A stretch of 64,000 bases of DNA from Polyangiales bacterium (GTDB taxonomy: Bacteria; Myxococcota_A; Polyangia; Polyangiales; Polyangiaceae), in assembly GCA_038230375.1 (NCBI GenBank), contig JBBRNJ010000018.1, positions 32,001-96,000 of the forward strand. Reading direction: 5' to 3'. Numbering within the stretch: the first letter of the stretch is position 1; every line of letters begins with the position of its first letter. Shown here in pieces: positions 37,217 through 46,988 of the stretch. The notes under the pieces are model-generated. The model saw only the letters and a program-made list of their open reading frames with translations, was not told the DNA's origin and did no database searches. The position numbers were made by a program, and so were the translations under genes.

Positions 37217-38335
37217 GTGCTACCGATCGACAAGCTGGAGCAGCTCGCGCGGCGATACGGCGACCTCGACGAGCTCATGTGCAAGCCCGACGTGCTCGCG
37301 AACTCCAGGGAGCTGCAGAAGCTGAACAAGGAGCGCACCGATCTGGAGCCGCTCGTCCAGAGCTTTGCGCGCTATCTCAACGTGGAGAAGAAGCTCACGG
37401 AGGGCGCCGCCGCGCTGTCCGATCCGGAGCTGCGCGAGCTCGCGGAGATGGAGATCGCGGAGCTCGGCCCCGAGAAGGCAAACCTGGAGCGCGAGATCGA
37501 GCTCTTGCTCTTGCCCAAGGATCCCAACGACGCGAAGAACACCATCCTGGAGATCCGCAGCGGTGAAGGCGGCGAAGAGGCCGCGCTGTTCGCGGCAGAC
37601 CTCTACCGCATGTACGCGCGCTACGCAGAGACGAAGAGCTGGAAGCTCGAGGTGCTCTCCATGTCCGACGCCGCAGCCGGCGGCTACAAGGAGGTGATCG
37701 CGCTCGTCACCGGCAAGGACGTCTATTCGCACCTGCGGTTCGAGGGCGGCGTTCACCGCGTGCAGCGCGTCCCCAAGACGGAGACGCAGGGCCGCATCCA
37801 CACGTCCACCGCCACCGTCGCCGTGCTGCCCGAGGCAGAAGATGTGGACGTCCACATCGACGACAAGGATCTCGAGATCTCCATTGCGGCCAGCGGCGGC
37901 CCGGGCGGCCAGGGCGTCAACACCACGAACAGCGCCGTGCAGATCCTCCACAAGCCCAGCGGCCTCATCGTCAAGTGTCAGGACGAGCGCTCGCAGCTGA
38001 AGAACAAGGCGAAGGCGCTCAAGGTGTTGAAGAGCAGGCTCCTCGACATCGAGCGCGAGAAGCAGGACGCCGCGGTGTCGGCCGAGCGTCGCGGCATGGT
38101 CGGCACTGGCGAACGCAGCCAGAAGATCCGTACGTACAACTATGCGCAGAACCGGGTGAGCGACCACCGTATCCGGCTCACGTTGAACAAGCTCGATCGC
38201 GTGATCGAGGGGGACCTCGAGGAGCTCATCGCCGCGCTCCGCATGCATCGGCAGGCCGCGCTCCTCGAGTCCACGCTCGGCATCAAGCGCGACGTCGCGC
38301 AGGCAGGGATGGGCGCGGAGGACGCGGACGCGTGA
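37217..38335 (+). CDS. prfA: Peptide chain release factor 1
   Basis: GGEEAALFA, HRVQRVPKTETQGRIHTST (PxT motif), GGQ, KIRTYNYAQNRVSDHR. Confidence 0.97.
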   Translation: MLPIDKLEQLARRYGDLDELMCKPDVLANSRELQKLNKERTDLEPLVQSFARYLNVEKKLTEGAAALSDPELRELAEMEIAELGPEKANLEREIELLLLPKDPNDAKNTILEIRSGEGGEEAALFAADLYRMYARYAETKSWKLEVLSMSDAAAGGYKEVIALVTGKDVYSHLRFEGGVHRVQRVPKTETQGRIHTSTATVAVLPEAEDVDVHIDDKDLEISIAASGGPGGQGVNTTNSAVQILHKPSGLIVKCQDERSQLKNKAKALKVLKSRLLDIEREKQDAAVSAERRGMVGTGERSQKIRTYNYAQNRVSDHRIRLTLNKLDRVIEGDLEELIAALRMHRQAALLESTLGIKRDVAQAGMGAEDADA

Positions 38336-38736
38336 GCGGTCGCGAGAGCACCACGCCGGACGCGGAGGCGCTCATGCTCGCAATGGCTGTGGCCCCCACC
38401 GCCTACTCCCGCAACAAGATGTTCGCGCTCTTCGCGGATCCACGGGTCATGCGGGCGCGCTCACGGGCGCGGCTCGTGCGTGGGCTTGCGACAGACCTGG
38501 CTCGTGCACCGGACGCACGGGTGTCGCGGCAGAAGGTGGGCGCCGACCGCGTTGCGCTCACCGTTCGCATCGAAAGCATGCAATATACACGTAACGTGGA
38601 GCTCTCCCTTGCGGAGGTGTCCGCGCTCTCGTTCCTGTGCGATCGCCAGAAGACGCGCGCGCTCCCATGCGAGCAAGAGGACCGCGCGCTGGTGGAAAGC
38701 GTGCTCTCCCGCCTGGCCGCCGGCCTGATTTCTTAG
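38332..38736 (+). CDS. Hypothetical protein
   Basis: GTGA overlap with prfA stop; AMAVAPTAYSRNKMFALF. Confidence 0.65.
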   Translation: MSGRESTTPDAEALMLAMAVAPTAYSRNKMFALFADPRVMRARSRARLVRGLATDLARAPDARVSRQKVGADRVALTVRIESMQYTRNVELSLAEVSALSFLCDRQKTRALPCEQEDRALVESVLSRLAAGLIS

Positions 38737-39683
38737 TGCGCCACGAGGGTGCGGCGGTATTCCGTGGGGCTCATGCCCATGTAGCGCTTGAATACCTTGG
38801 CTAGCGCGTCCTCGTCCGAGTAGCCGACGTGCTCGGCGACCTGGGTCGTGCTGAGGGCGTTGTTCTTGCGCAAGAGGTCCGCGGCCACGAGCGAGCGCCA
38901 CCGAGCCACGTACTTCGCGGGCGGCTCACCCACCAGCTTCGAGAATGTGTCGAAGAACCGCGTACGCGACATGCCGACGCGGGTGGCCAGCTCCGCGGCG
39001 GTCCAGTCAGCGGATGGCTCGGTGTGCACGAGCGCGAGCGCCTTGCCGATGCGAGGGTCCCGCGCGGCCGCGAACAGGCCCGAAGGTCTCTCGTCCTCAC
39101 CAGGTCCGGATGCGCGCGCGTCTGCCGCGGCGTCCGTCAGCGCATTCACGAAGAGCGAGTCGGCCAGGCTCACGATCTCGCTTCCAGGCTCGCTCCCCGC
39201 CAGCCCCTCTGCGATGAGCGATATTGTCGCCGACGACCAGCGGCGTCGCGCATCAGAGCGCGCCCGTCCGACGAGCACCGGGGGCAGTAGCTCGACGACG
39301 GAGGCGTGCGCGGGGTGATCGAGTCGGAACGTGCCGCATACAAGGCGCGTCTCGTCGCCGCTCTTCCCCATCTCGAAGATCGGGGTCGCGCCGTCGCGTC
39401 GCATCGGCACGTCGGTCACGCGGATGACGCTCGCGTCCTTGCCGCTCACCATCCGGTGCTCGCAGCCGCGGGTGAAGATCACCACGTCGCCTTCGTGGAG
39501 CTCGATGAGCTCCTTGTCTGCCTCGCGCGCAACGAAGCACGAGCCCGCGGACACGCCGTGGAAGATCATCTTCCCGGTGCTGGAGCCGCCGATCACGCCC
39601 CACCGACCCCGAAAATGGGAGCGCGAGAGAAAGGCGCTCACAAGGCGGAGAGAACGGAGCACCGTGTTGAATCCTTCATCCAC
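38733..39683 (-). CDS. AraC family transcriptional regulator with Cupin_6 N-terminal domain
   Basis: FHGVSAGSC, LVCGTF, DPRIGKALALVH..P..DWT..ELA..VGMSRTRF, VGYSDEDALAKVFKR..GMSP. Confidence 0.92.
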   Translation of the reverse strand: MDEGFNTVLRSLRLVSAFLSRSHFRGRWGVIGGSSTGKMIFHGVSAGSCFVAREADKELIELHEGDVVIFTRGCEHRMVSGKDASVIRVTDVPMRRDGATPIFEMGKSGDETRLVCGTFRLDHPAHASVVELLPPVLVGRARSDARRRWSSATISLIAEGLAGSEPGSEIVSLADSLFVNALTDAAADARASGPGEDERPSGLFAAARDPRIGKALALVHTEPSADWTAAELATRVGMSRTRFFDTFSKLVGEPPAKYVARWRSLVAADLLRKNNALSTTQVAEHVGYSDEDALAKVFKRYMGMSPTEYRRTLVAH

Positions 39684-39808
39684 GCCACGATGATAGCCCA
39701 CGAAACCCGCGGGGGAACGCGGTCGGGACGATCGAACGGATCAGCGGGACGGCCAGGGGCTTTCGACGGGCCCTTCGCGAGTCAGGGTGTGCAGTGGAGG
39801 TTCTGCAC

Positions 39809-40654
39809 ATGAACAATCGCTCTTTCGTCACTGTCTTCGCCCTTCTCGCCGCTGGCTGCTCCTCGTCCTCGTCGGGGACACCGGTCGGCACCACGGATAC
39901 GGATGCGGGGCACGTTGCTGCCGACTCGGGCACGTCCAATGAGCCGGGCAGCGATGCCGGCAACACGGGCACCGTGGATGCGTCCGACGCGGGAACGCAC
40001 GTCCCCGTTCCCTCCGCAGTCCTGATCGTGGGCACGCTGGCCGATGCGGACCTGACCGTTGCGCAGGGGAAGCACGACCCGGTCGCCAAGGGCGGCGAGG
40101 GGACGTCGAAGATGCTCGGCGACGTGGCGCACACCGTGATGCTGGGCACGGCGCTCCTTGGCACGCAGCAGAACCAGTTCGTCGCGTTCGATCGCTGGAG
40201 CGACGGCACCAACATTGACGCTTTCTACGGGAGCAAGGACTTCCAGAACGCGCTCGGGCCGCTGTTCTCGGCGCCGCCAAAGACCAACGTGTTCGTCGCG
40301 CAGCCCGGCTGGTCCTCGTACGGCACGCCGGACTCCGCGAATGCCGCGGACCCGCACTACTGGGTGCTCGTGCGCGGCAAGATGAAGTCCGCCGACCCGA
40401 AGGTGAACCAGGCAACGCACGATGGGATCGCGTCGCAGGCCGCGCCGCAAGCGAAGGCAGCGGGCGACGTTGCGCACGTCGTCTACACCGGGCGCGACGA
40501 CGTCCAGCAGTTCCTTGCGGTGGACGTGTGGCCGGACTCCACGAACATCGAGGCCTTCTACGGCAACCCCAACGTGCAGATGGCGTTCGGCCAGCTCTTC
40601 GACGGCGCTCCTACGATCGCCGTCTACTCCTCGACGCACTGGTACCAGTGGTGA
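39809..40654 (+). CDS. Lipoprotein with two internally repeated alpha/beta domains
   Basis: GGAGG RBS; lipobox LAAGC; repeated HD..A...K..GDVAH.V..G...QF.A.D.W.D.TNI.AFYG....Q.A.G.LF. Confidence 0.8.
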   Translation: MNNRSFVTVFALLAAGCSSSSSGTPVGTTDTDAGHVAADSGTSNEPGSDAGNTGTVDASDAGTHVPVPSAVLIVGTLADADLTVAQGKHDPVAKGGEGTSKMLGDVAHTVMLGTALLGTQQNQFVAFDRWSDGTNIDAFYGSKDFQNALGPLFSAPPKTNVFVAQPGWSSYGTPDSANAADPHYWVLVRGKMKSADPKVNQATHDGIASQAAPQAKAAGDVAHVVYTGRDDVQQFLAVDVWPDSTNIEAFYGNPNVQMAFGQLFDGAPTIAVYSSTHWYQW

Positions 40655-40672
40655 ACCGGCACCAGCGGTGAG

Positions 40673-43411
40673 TCAGTGAATGCCGCCGCCACCGCACTGG
40701 TTGGGCGTGCCGCCGCCGCCGCAGCTCTGCCCGTTCGGGCACATGCCGCAGTCGAGGGCGCCGCCGCAACCGTCGGCGACAACGCCGCACGTGGCGCCTG
40801 CGTCCTTGCACGAGCGCGGCGTGCACATCGGTGCGCCGCACTGGCCTGGCGTTCCGCCACCGCCACAGGTCTGACCCATGGGGCAGGTGCCGCACTGGAG
40901 GAGGTTGCCGCAGCCGTCCGCAGCCGGACCGCACGCGATGCCCTGAGCCATGCAGGTCGTCGGCGAGCAGGAGTTGGAGCCGCACATGCTCGGGCCGGCG
41001 CCTCCGCACGTGAGCCCCATTCCGCACGTGCCGCAGTTCACCGTGCTGCCGCAGCCGTCGGGGATGCTTCCGCACATGCCCATCTTGCAGGTCGCCTTGG
41101 TGCACGGCGGGGTGACGCACTTCGCGGGCGCGCCCTGGCAGATCTGGCCTGCGGGGCAGACGCCACAGTCCTGCTGTCCACCGCAGCCATCCGTGGCCGG
41201 GCCGCAGGTCTGAGCGCCGCAGCCGATCTTCGTGCAGGTCGGCGGCGGGACCACGATCGGCTTGATGCACGACGTGAGGTCGAACAGCATGTACGCGAGG
41301 ACCTTCTCTTGCGGAGTGAACGTGGTGCTCACGCACTCGGCCGGGAAGTTGGTCGTGGCGCTGCTGGTGTCACCCGAGACGTGGAAGTCGGAGAAGATGA
41401 CGCGTCCGCACTGCGTCGCCTGGTTGAACGGCGTGTTGAACGCGTAGTGGAACACCGGTGTGCCCACAGCAGAGGGGCTGTACTCCGTGATGTAGCCGGT
41501 GGCGCCGGCGGCGATCGGCGCGAAGGCGTCGTAGCGGGCCGCGCTGATGCTCACGCGGTCCGGCGCGCCCGTCTTCGGGCTCGCTGCGCACTTGGGGTTG
41601 GCGCCCGCGACGTTGCAGAGCGCATTGACGCCCGTGGCATTGAGCCACTTGTCGAACGTGCCGCCAGCAACGGTCGTGCTGACCAGGCCGTCATCGGGGT
41701 CCGCCGTACCAACGCCAAGACCGTTCTTCGGGCTCCACTGCACTGACGTGCCCCAGGTGGAGCTGAACAGGTTCGCGGCCGGAGTGGCCACGTCATAGAG
41801 CCACGTGTAGTTGAAGTGCGTCGAGAACACGCGGCCGCCTTCGTTCGCGTAGTTGTACGCGGCCGTGCGTGCTGCGGTGACCTTGTCCGTGGGACCACCG
41901 GGGCATGCGAAGAGGAGCGCGTCGTACTTCTCCATCTGCGCCTGCGTGGCGATGAGGGTGCTGACGCTCGGCGTGGTGCCGTCGATGCGCGCGCCGGCCG
42001 TGCCGCCGCTCTCGTCATCCTGGTAGAGCCGGATGCGGCCGGTGCCGCCGGGGTTGGTGAACTGGCTGTCGATGATGCCCATCTTGCGGAAGACGCACTC
42101 GAGCGGGTCGATGTAGCCCGTGGAGAGCGCGAACAACGGGATGTTGTCCATTGCGCCGCTCTCGGCCTGCTTCGTGGGCATGCGGATGGTGCCCGCGGTC
42201 TGCGCGGCAGTCGTGCATTTCGTGACCGCAGGGATGGTCACGATCTTGCGCCAGCGACCCATCTGAACGACGAGCGGGAAGGACACACCGGCCGGGACGT
42301 TGCTCAGGCTGAACGAGCCGTCGAAGTCCGTGACGGCGTTGACGAGCGGCGCGCCGCTGGCCGTGCCGTTGCAGGTGTCGCAGGTGCCACCAGCGACGCC
42401 ATCCGTGAAGGCGGTGACGCCGTAAGGGTAGGCGAGCGAGCCGTTGGGGACGTAGACGACTGCGCCCGGGAGCGGCAGAGTGCCGTTCGGCGCGAACACC
42501 TTGCCCGTGATCGTCGTCTGCGAGTTTATCGGGCACACGGCCTGGTTGAGGCAGAAGTTCACGCACGTGCCAGCGTCGAGGCCGCCGCCCGTGCCGCACT
42601 TGTTCGAGCCGCCGCCGCCGCAGAAGCCGACCGCGCAGCCGGCGTTCGCCATGCTGCCGCCGCAGTCGAGCAAGCCGCCGCAGCCGTCGGCCACGTAGCC
42701 GCAGTTCGCGCCGGCCGCGAGGCACGTGGTCTTCACGCACGCGGGCGCGCCGCACATGCTGGCAACGCCACCACCACCGCAGCTCTGGCCCGCGGCGCAG
42801 CCGCCGCAGGTGAGGATGCCGCCGCAGCCGTCCGCGACCGGACCGCACTCGTTCGCGTTGCACACCGTCCGCGGTGCGCAGAGGCCGCCGTCGGGGAGGA
42901 CCGACATGCCGCCGTCGTTGATGAGACCGCCGCCGCACTGGCTCGGACCGCCGCCACCGCAGAACTGCGGGACGGGGCAGGTGCCGCAGTTGGCAAGGGT
43001 ACCGCCACAACCGTCACCCGCCGGGCCGCAGGCGACCTTCTGCTGTGCGCACGTGCGCGGGACGCAGCCCGCCGTGCCGCCGCAGATGCTGGCCTTGCCA
43101 CCGCCGCCGCAGGTCTCGGGCGCGCTACACGTGCCGCACTGGATCTTGCCACCGCAACCATCACCCGCGGGGCCGCAGTTGATGCCGAGGTCCTTGCACG
43201 TGAGGGCCTTGCAAGAGCCGCTTCCGCTGCCGGTGTTGCCGCCATCTTTGCCGGTGCCAAAGCCCGTTGTGAGCCCGCCCTCGGAGTTGTCGATGCCGGA
43301 ATCGAAGCCGTCAGTGCCTGCGAACTGACTTCCGTCGCCAGAGCCGCACGACGCGGCCGCAATGCCCACTCCGATCAACGCCAGCGAGCCAAGCAAAAGC
43401 CGCAGCTTCAT
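40673..43411 (-). CDS. Large Cys-rich repeat lipoprotein with central carboxypeptidase-regulatory-like domain
   Basis: GGAGG RBS; lipobox AAASC; 4+4 eight-Cys repeats (CG..DGCG...CG.C...CGGGG...C); central ITGKVFAPNGTLPLPGAVVY..TDFDGSFSL. Confidence 0.85.
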   Translation of the reverse strand: MKLRLLLGSLALIGVGIAAASCGSGDGSQFAGTDGFDSGIDNSEGGLTTGFGTGKDGGNTGSGSGSCKALTCKDLGINCGPAGDGCGGKIQCGTCSAPETCGGGGKASICGGTAGCVPRTCAQQKVACGPAGDGCGGTLANCGTCPVPQFCGGGGPSQCGGGLINDGGMSVLPDGGLCAPRTVCNANECGPVADGCGGILTCGGCAAGQSCGGGGVASMCGAPACVKTTCLAAGANCGYVADGCGGLLDCGGSMANAGCAVGFCGGGGSNKCGTGGGLDAGTCVNFCLNQAVCPINSQTTITGKVFAPNGTLPLPGAVVYVPNGSLAYPYGVTAFTDGVAGGTCDTCNGTASGAPLVNAVTDFDGSFSLSNVPAGVSFPLVVQMGRWRKIVTIPAVTKCTTAAQTAGTIRMPTKQAESGAMDNIPLFALSTGYIDPLECVFRKMGIIDSQFTNPGGTGRIRLYQDDESGGTAGARIDGTTPSVSTLIATQAQMEKYDALLFACPGGPTDKVTAARTAAYNYANEGGRVFSTHFNYTWLYDVATPAANLFSSTWGTSVQWSPKNGLGVGTADPDDGLVSTTVAGGTFDKWLNATGVNALCNVAGANPKCAASPKTGAPDRVSISAARYDAFAPIAAGATGYITEYSPSAVGTPVFHYAFNTPFNQATQCGRVIFSDFHVSGDTSSATTNFPAECVSTTFTPQEKVLAYMLFDLTSCIKPIVVPPPTCTKIGCGAQTCGPATDGCGGQQDCGVCPAGQICQGAPAKCVTPPCTKATCKMGMCGSIPDGCGSTVNCGTCGMGLTCGGAGPSMCGSNSCSPTTCMAQGIACGPAADGCGNLLQCGTCPMGQTCGGGGTPGQCGAPMCTPRSCKDAGATCGVVADGCGGALDCGMCPNGQSCGGGGTPNQCGGGGIH

Positions 43412-43602
43412 GAAACCTCCGTTGCCCAGCGCGCGAGGCCCTCGACTCGCACGCAGTGAGCTAGCCGCTCCCTTAACACGAAGACGCGCAGGCGCTCGCG
43501 TGAAATAGGAACTTTCTCGTGGAGCCGTCCCTACGGACCTGCCAACTCTGGACGGCGCGCGCAGCGGCAAGGCTGTGTAGTCTGGGCCGCTTGGAGGTCT
43601 CC

Positions 43603-44868
43603 ATGAAGGAAGAGAAGAAGACGACCCGACGCTTGCTCACGCTCGGTCTCTTCGTCGCAGCCCCGTTCGCCGTTCTCGTTGCGTGCAGCAGCAGCAGCAG
43701 TAACAACGGTGGTGGCAACTCCGATGGCGGCACTGAGAGCGGTGGCGGCACCACCTTGGCATGCGGCGCCTGCACCACGAACGCCACCTGCGCAGGCTCT
43801 GGCTTTGCCTGTTCTGGCTCTGTCTGCACCAAGCAATGCAGCGTGGACATGGACTGCGCGGGCGTTGGTCCCGGTGCGTGCGACCAGGGCGTCTGCGCCT
43901 GCAAGGGCCACACGATCGCCATCTGCGGTGCGTGCGCATCCAGCACCGACTGCGTCACTGGAGCGCGATGTCTGCTCGGCATCTGCAAGCCCGAAACCAC
44001 CCAGACCACGTGCAGCACGACCAACGCCTGCAAGGCACCGCTCCAGTGCGATCCGAACCTGGGCTGCATCTGCGCCGGTGCAGGGACGATCGACGGAGGG
44101 CAGGGCGCGGGGAGCGGAGTCGTCACCGTGATCTGCCAGGGCGCGATCACCGATGCGGGCGCCATGAGCACGTTTGGCGCCTGCGCCGGGAGTGCGTCCT
44201 TCCACGTTGGATTCCCGGCCGGCACCGGCTACACCGTCACGACGACCGCCGTGAACGCGTCGATCACCGAGCTCGCGTACTCGGGCAACGTCGCAGCCGT
44301 GCCCACTGCCCTCTCCGCAGGTGAGGTCTCGTTCACGGGACCTGCCAGCACGCTGAACATGCCGCCCGACTCGAAGAACGCATATGCGGCGCTCTCGGGC
44401 CTTCCACTCGGCGTCATTGGCGACACGTTGACCGTCGCAGCCGCTGGCGCAGCCATCCCGAAGTTCTCGTCCATGCTGGCGCTGCCGCCCATCGGCTCGC
44501 TGTCCAGCCCGATACAGCCGTCGGCGGGGGCCCCGCTGGTGCTCGATCACACCATGCCTCTCACCGTCATCGCTTCGAGCGCTGTGGACGGGAAGCTCGT
44601 CGTGATCCTCACGTCAACAAAGAGCGCGTCGTCGCTCGTGGTCCTTCGCGGCGAAGGGCAGGTCATGGGCGGCTCTGGCGGGATCACGTTCCCGGCGGCG
44701 GCCCTCGCGCTGCTGCCCACGGGCGCGGGCGGAACGATCCAGATGTACATGGCGAACGACGCCACGGTGATGGCCGGTGGAACGCCGATCAAGATCACTG
44801 TCGGCTCGCAGCTCTACGACGGCAACGGAGACCCGGTCTTCGCGTTGACGCCGCTCACGGTCCAGTGA
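43603..44868 (+). CDS. Cys-rich (EGF/Dickkopf-like repeats) lipoprotein with beta-rich C-terminal domain
   Basis: GGAGG RBS; lipobox VLVAC; C..C....C...C repeats. Confidence 0.8.
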   Translation: MKEEKKTTRRLLTLGLFVAAPFAVLVACSSSSSNNGGGNSDGGTESGGGTTLACGACTTNATCAGSGFACSGSVCTKQCSVDMDCAGVGPGACDQGVCACKGHTIAICGACASSTDCVTGARCLLGICKPETTQTTCSTTNACKAPLQCDPNLGCICAGAGTIDGGQGAGSGVVTVICQGAITDAGAMSTFGACAGSASFHVGFPAGTGYTVTTTAVNASITELAYSGNVAAVPTALSAGEVSFTGPASTLNMPPDSKNAYAALSGLPLGVIGDTLTVAAAGAAIPKFSSMLALPPIGSLSSPIQPSAGAPLVLDHTMPLTVIASSAVDGKLVVILTSTKSASSLVVLRGEGQVMGGSGGITFPAAALALLPTGAGGTIQMYMANDATVMAGGTPIKITVGSQLYDGNGDPVFALTPLTVQ

Positions 44869-44881
44869 CAAGAGCCGCGGT

Positions 44882-46978
44882 TCAGAGCGCGGCGCGGAAC
44901 GCCAGCGACGGCGCGTGGAAGATGTCGAAGGAGCCAAAGTCCGCCGACAGCGCGCGGCCGGCGTTCGTGTCCGTGACGTTCACCTTCGAGTAGATGAGAT
45001 CTGCGTGGTACTGGATGCGCAGGTCCGCGCGAACGCGGAAGCCGCGTGGCAAGAGCCGGATGCGGAGACCCGCGCCGGCGCCCGCGTTGACCGCCCACGC
45101 CAGGTCGTGATCGTTCAGGCGATTCTGCTCCGTGTCGGGCGCGGCGCCGTCCTTCAGGAAGTAGAACTTGGTCGGGCCTGCACCGCCTGCGACGTACAGA
45201 TCGAGGAACGGTGAGAAGCGCGGGCCGTCGCCCTGGCCGAAGCGCGCCGAGACCGCGGCCATCCAGAACTGCGAGTTGACGTTCTGCGGAGGCGTCTCGC
45301 GGAAGTACGTGAAGTGCTGTTCGCCCGCGACGCTGGAGGTGTCCTGCAGCTCGTAGACGATGCGCGGAAGCGTGTAGTTTACATACCGTCCGCCGACAAC
45401 GAGCTCTTCGGTGTACGCGCGGAACGAGTCGTCCGTGATGAGCCAGAGAAGGTCGTAACCGACGTCCGTCTGCATGTACTTCAACTGCAGCGGCGAGGAG
45501 AACACCGTCGTGGAGATGTCCTGGGCCTTCACCTGGTGCAGCTCACCCGCCGTGAACGTGGCGATCTTCACGCTGGTGCGAATGCCAAGGAGCCCGAGCC
45601 CCGCGTCGATCACGTCGCTGGCAATACCCGTGATGCCGAGCTGCTTGGTGAGAGAGCTGTTCTCGACGGTGCCGCCGCTCTTCCAGACACGGTCGGTCGA
45701 GTAGCCAAAGCCAAGGTCCGCGGCGCCAGGCAACCGGATCCAGTCGAGGACAACGTCGAGGCGCGCGCTGGCGAGCACGATGGGCTGGATGCGGTAGTCC
45801 AGCTTGAACTGGCGGCCGCGATAGTCGTACGAGTTCTTCTGGTCGCCGGATTTGTCCGATGTGCCCACGCTGGAGAAGATGAAGGCATCCGCGCCTGCCT
45901 TCAGGTCGATGCGGAACGAGTCGAGCGTGATGCCGACGACCTGGTCGACGACGCTCTCGCGCAGCTCGAAGCCAGGGCTCTTGTCCGTGGTGGTCTTGAA
46001 CGCGGCGGCCAGCTTGCCGGTCATGTCGTCGAGCAGCGCGGCCTGCTTCGTCATGGACTCCTTGATGCCCTTCACGTTCGACGGCATGTCGTAGACGGTC
46101 TTGGCGATCTTGAGGTTCGACTTGTAGACAAGGTCGTGCGGCGCGGTGGGGATGCCGCGGATCGCCTGGATGATGATGATGGGGATCATCGCCAGCGCCT
46201 CGAGCTCCACGCGGAAGGCAACGCTGATGGCGTAGAACGCGTCGCGCGCGATCGCCTCTTTCTCGCCGCCGGCGAGCTTCGCGTCCTCGGTGAGGTTCAC
46301 TGCGTCCTGGTTCACCAGGTCGGCCGTGCGTGTCACTTCGCCGCGAGCGCGCGCGAGCTTGTCGTTGGCTGCGGCCATGACCGGAGCGTGCGCCTTGCGC
46401 TGCTGCTCGTTCATGCGCGTGTCCTCGGACTGCACCTTGTCGTGGTCCTCCACCGCCACGGCCAGGTCCAGGCCCGCCTTGTGGTAGCTGGCCCAGTGCG
46501 CCTTGATGTCCTTCGTGCGCGGTGAGAGCGCGCCGAGCGCATCGAAGAGCGACGGGTACTTCGCCTTGTCCGGCGTGGGCCCGTACTCGCGCAGCGTCTG
46601 CTCGATGTGCATCCGGTAGCACTTGATGATCGGGATCTCGACGTGGTCGAGGCCCTTGTACGGGAAGCGATCGCGCAGGTCGTCGCGGATCTGGTGGTAC
46701 TCACCATCCGTCATGGGCAGACGGCGCGGCCAAAGATCGCCAGGCGTGTAGTTCGTGCCCGAGAGGATGCGGTCCACGAGCTCCAGCGTGACAACGAGAT
46801 CCTCGACGCGGTCGATCGCGACCTTGATGTTCGGTTCCTCGTCCGCGTACGCGCGGTAGGCGCGGACGTTCTGCGTGACGCCACCGCAGCCCAACGCCCC
46901 GAGCGCGAGCAAGAGGAGCGACATCACGCCGGCCGCGCGGCCGAGCTTGCGGAGACTCCCCCGATCCTTCAGTTCCAT
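44882..46978 (-). CDS. Hypothetical lipoprotein, helical N-terminal half plus possible C-terminal outer-membrane beta-barrel
   Basis: Lipobox LGALGC; alternating hydrophobic beta-strands (PFLDLYVAGGAG, AGAGAGLRIRL, RADLRIQYHA, PSLAFRAAL*). Confidence 0.7.
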   Translation of the reverse strand: MELKDRGSLRKLGRAAGVMSLLLLALGALGCGGVTQNVRAYRAYADEEPNIKVAIDRVEDLVVTLELVDRILSGTNYTPGDLWPRRLPMTDGEYHQIRDDLRDRFPYKGLDHVEIPIIKCYRMHIEQTLREYGPTPDKAKYPSLFDALGALSPRTKDIKAHWASYHKAGLDLAVAVEDHDKVQSEDTRMNEQQRKAHAPVMAAANDKLARARGEVTRTADLVNQDAVNLTEDAKLAGGEKEAIARDAFYAISVAFRVELEALAMIPIIIIQAIRGIPTAPHDLVYKSNLKIAKTVYDMPSNVKGIKESMTKQAALLDDMTGKLAAAFKTTTDKSPGFELRESVVDQVVGITLDSFRIDLKAGADAFIFSSVGTSDKSGDQKNSYDYRGRQFKLDYRIQPIVLASARLDVVLDWIRLPGAADLGFGYSTDRVWKSGGTVENSSLTKQLGITGIASDVIDAGLGLLGIRTSVKIATFTAGELHQVKAQDISTTVFSSPLQLKYMQTDVGYDLLWLITDDSFRAYTEELVVGGRYVNYTLPRIVYELQDTSSVAGEQHFTYFRETPPQNVNSQFWMAAVSARFGQGDGPRFSPFLDLYVAGGAGPTKFYFLKDGAAPDTEQNRLNDHDLAWAVNAGAGAGLRIRLLPRGFRVRADLRIQYHADLIYSKVNVTDTNAGRALSADFGSFDIFHAPSLAFRAAL

Positions 46979-46988
46979 GGCGTGCCCC

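Noticed and set aside
43508..43530. GGAACTTT as a sigmaE-type -35 box
   Set aside because: No matching -10 element at 16-17 nt spacing
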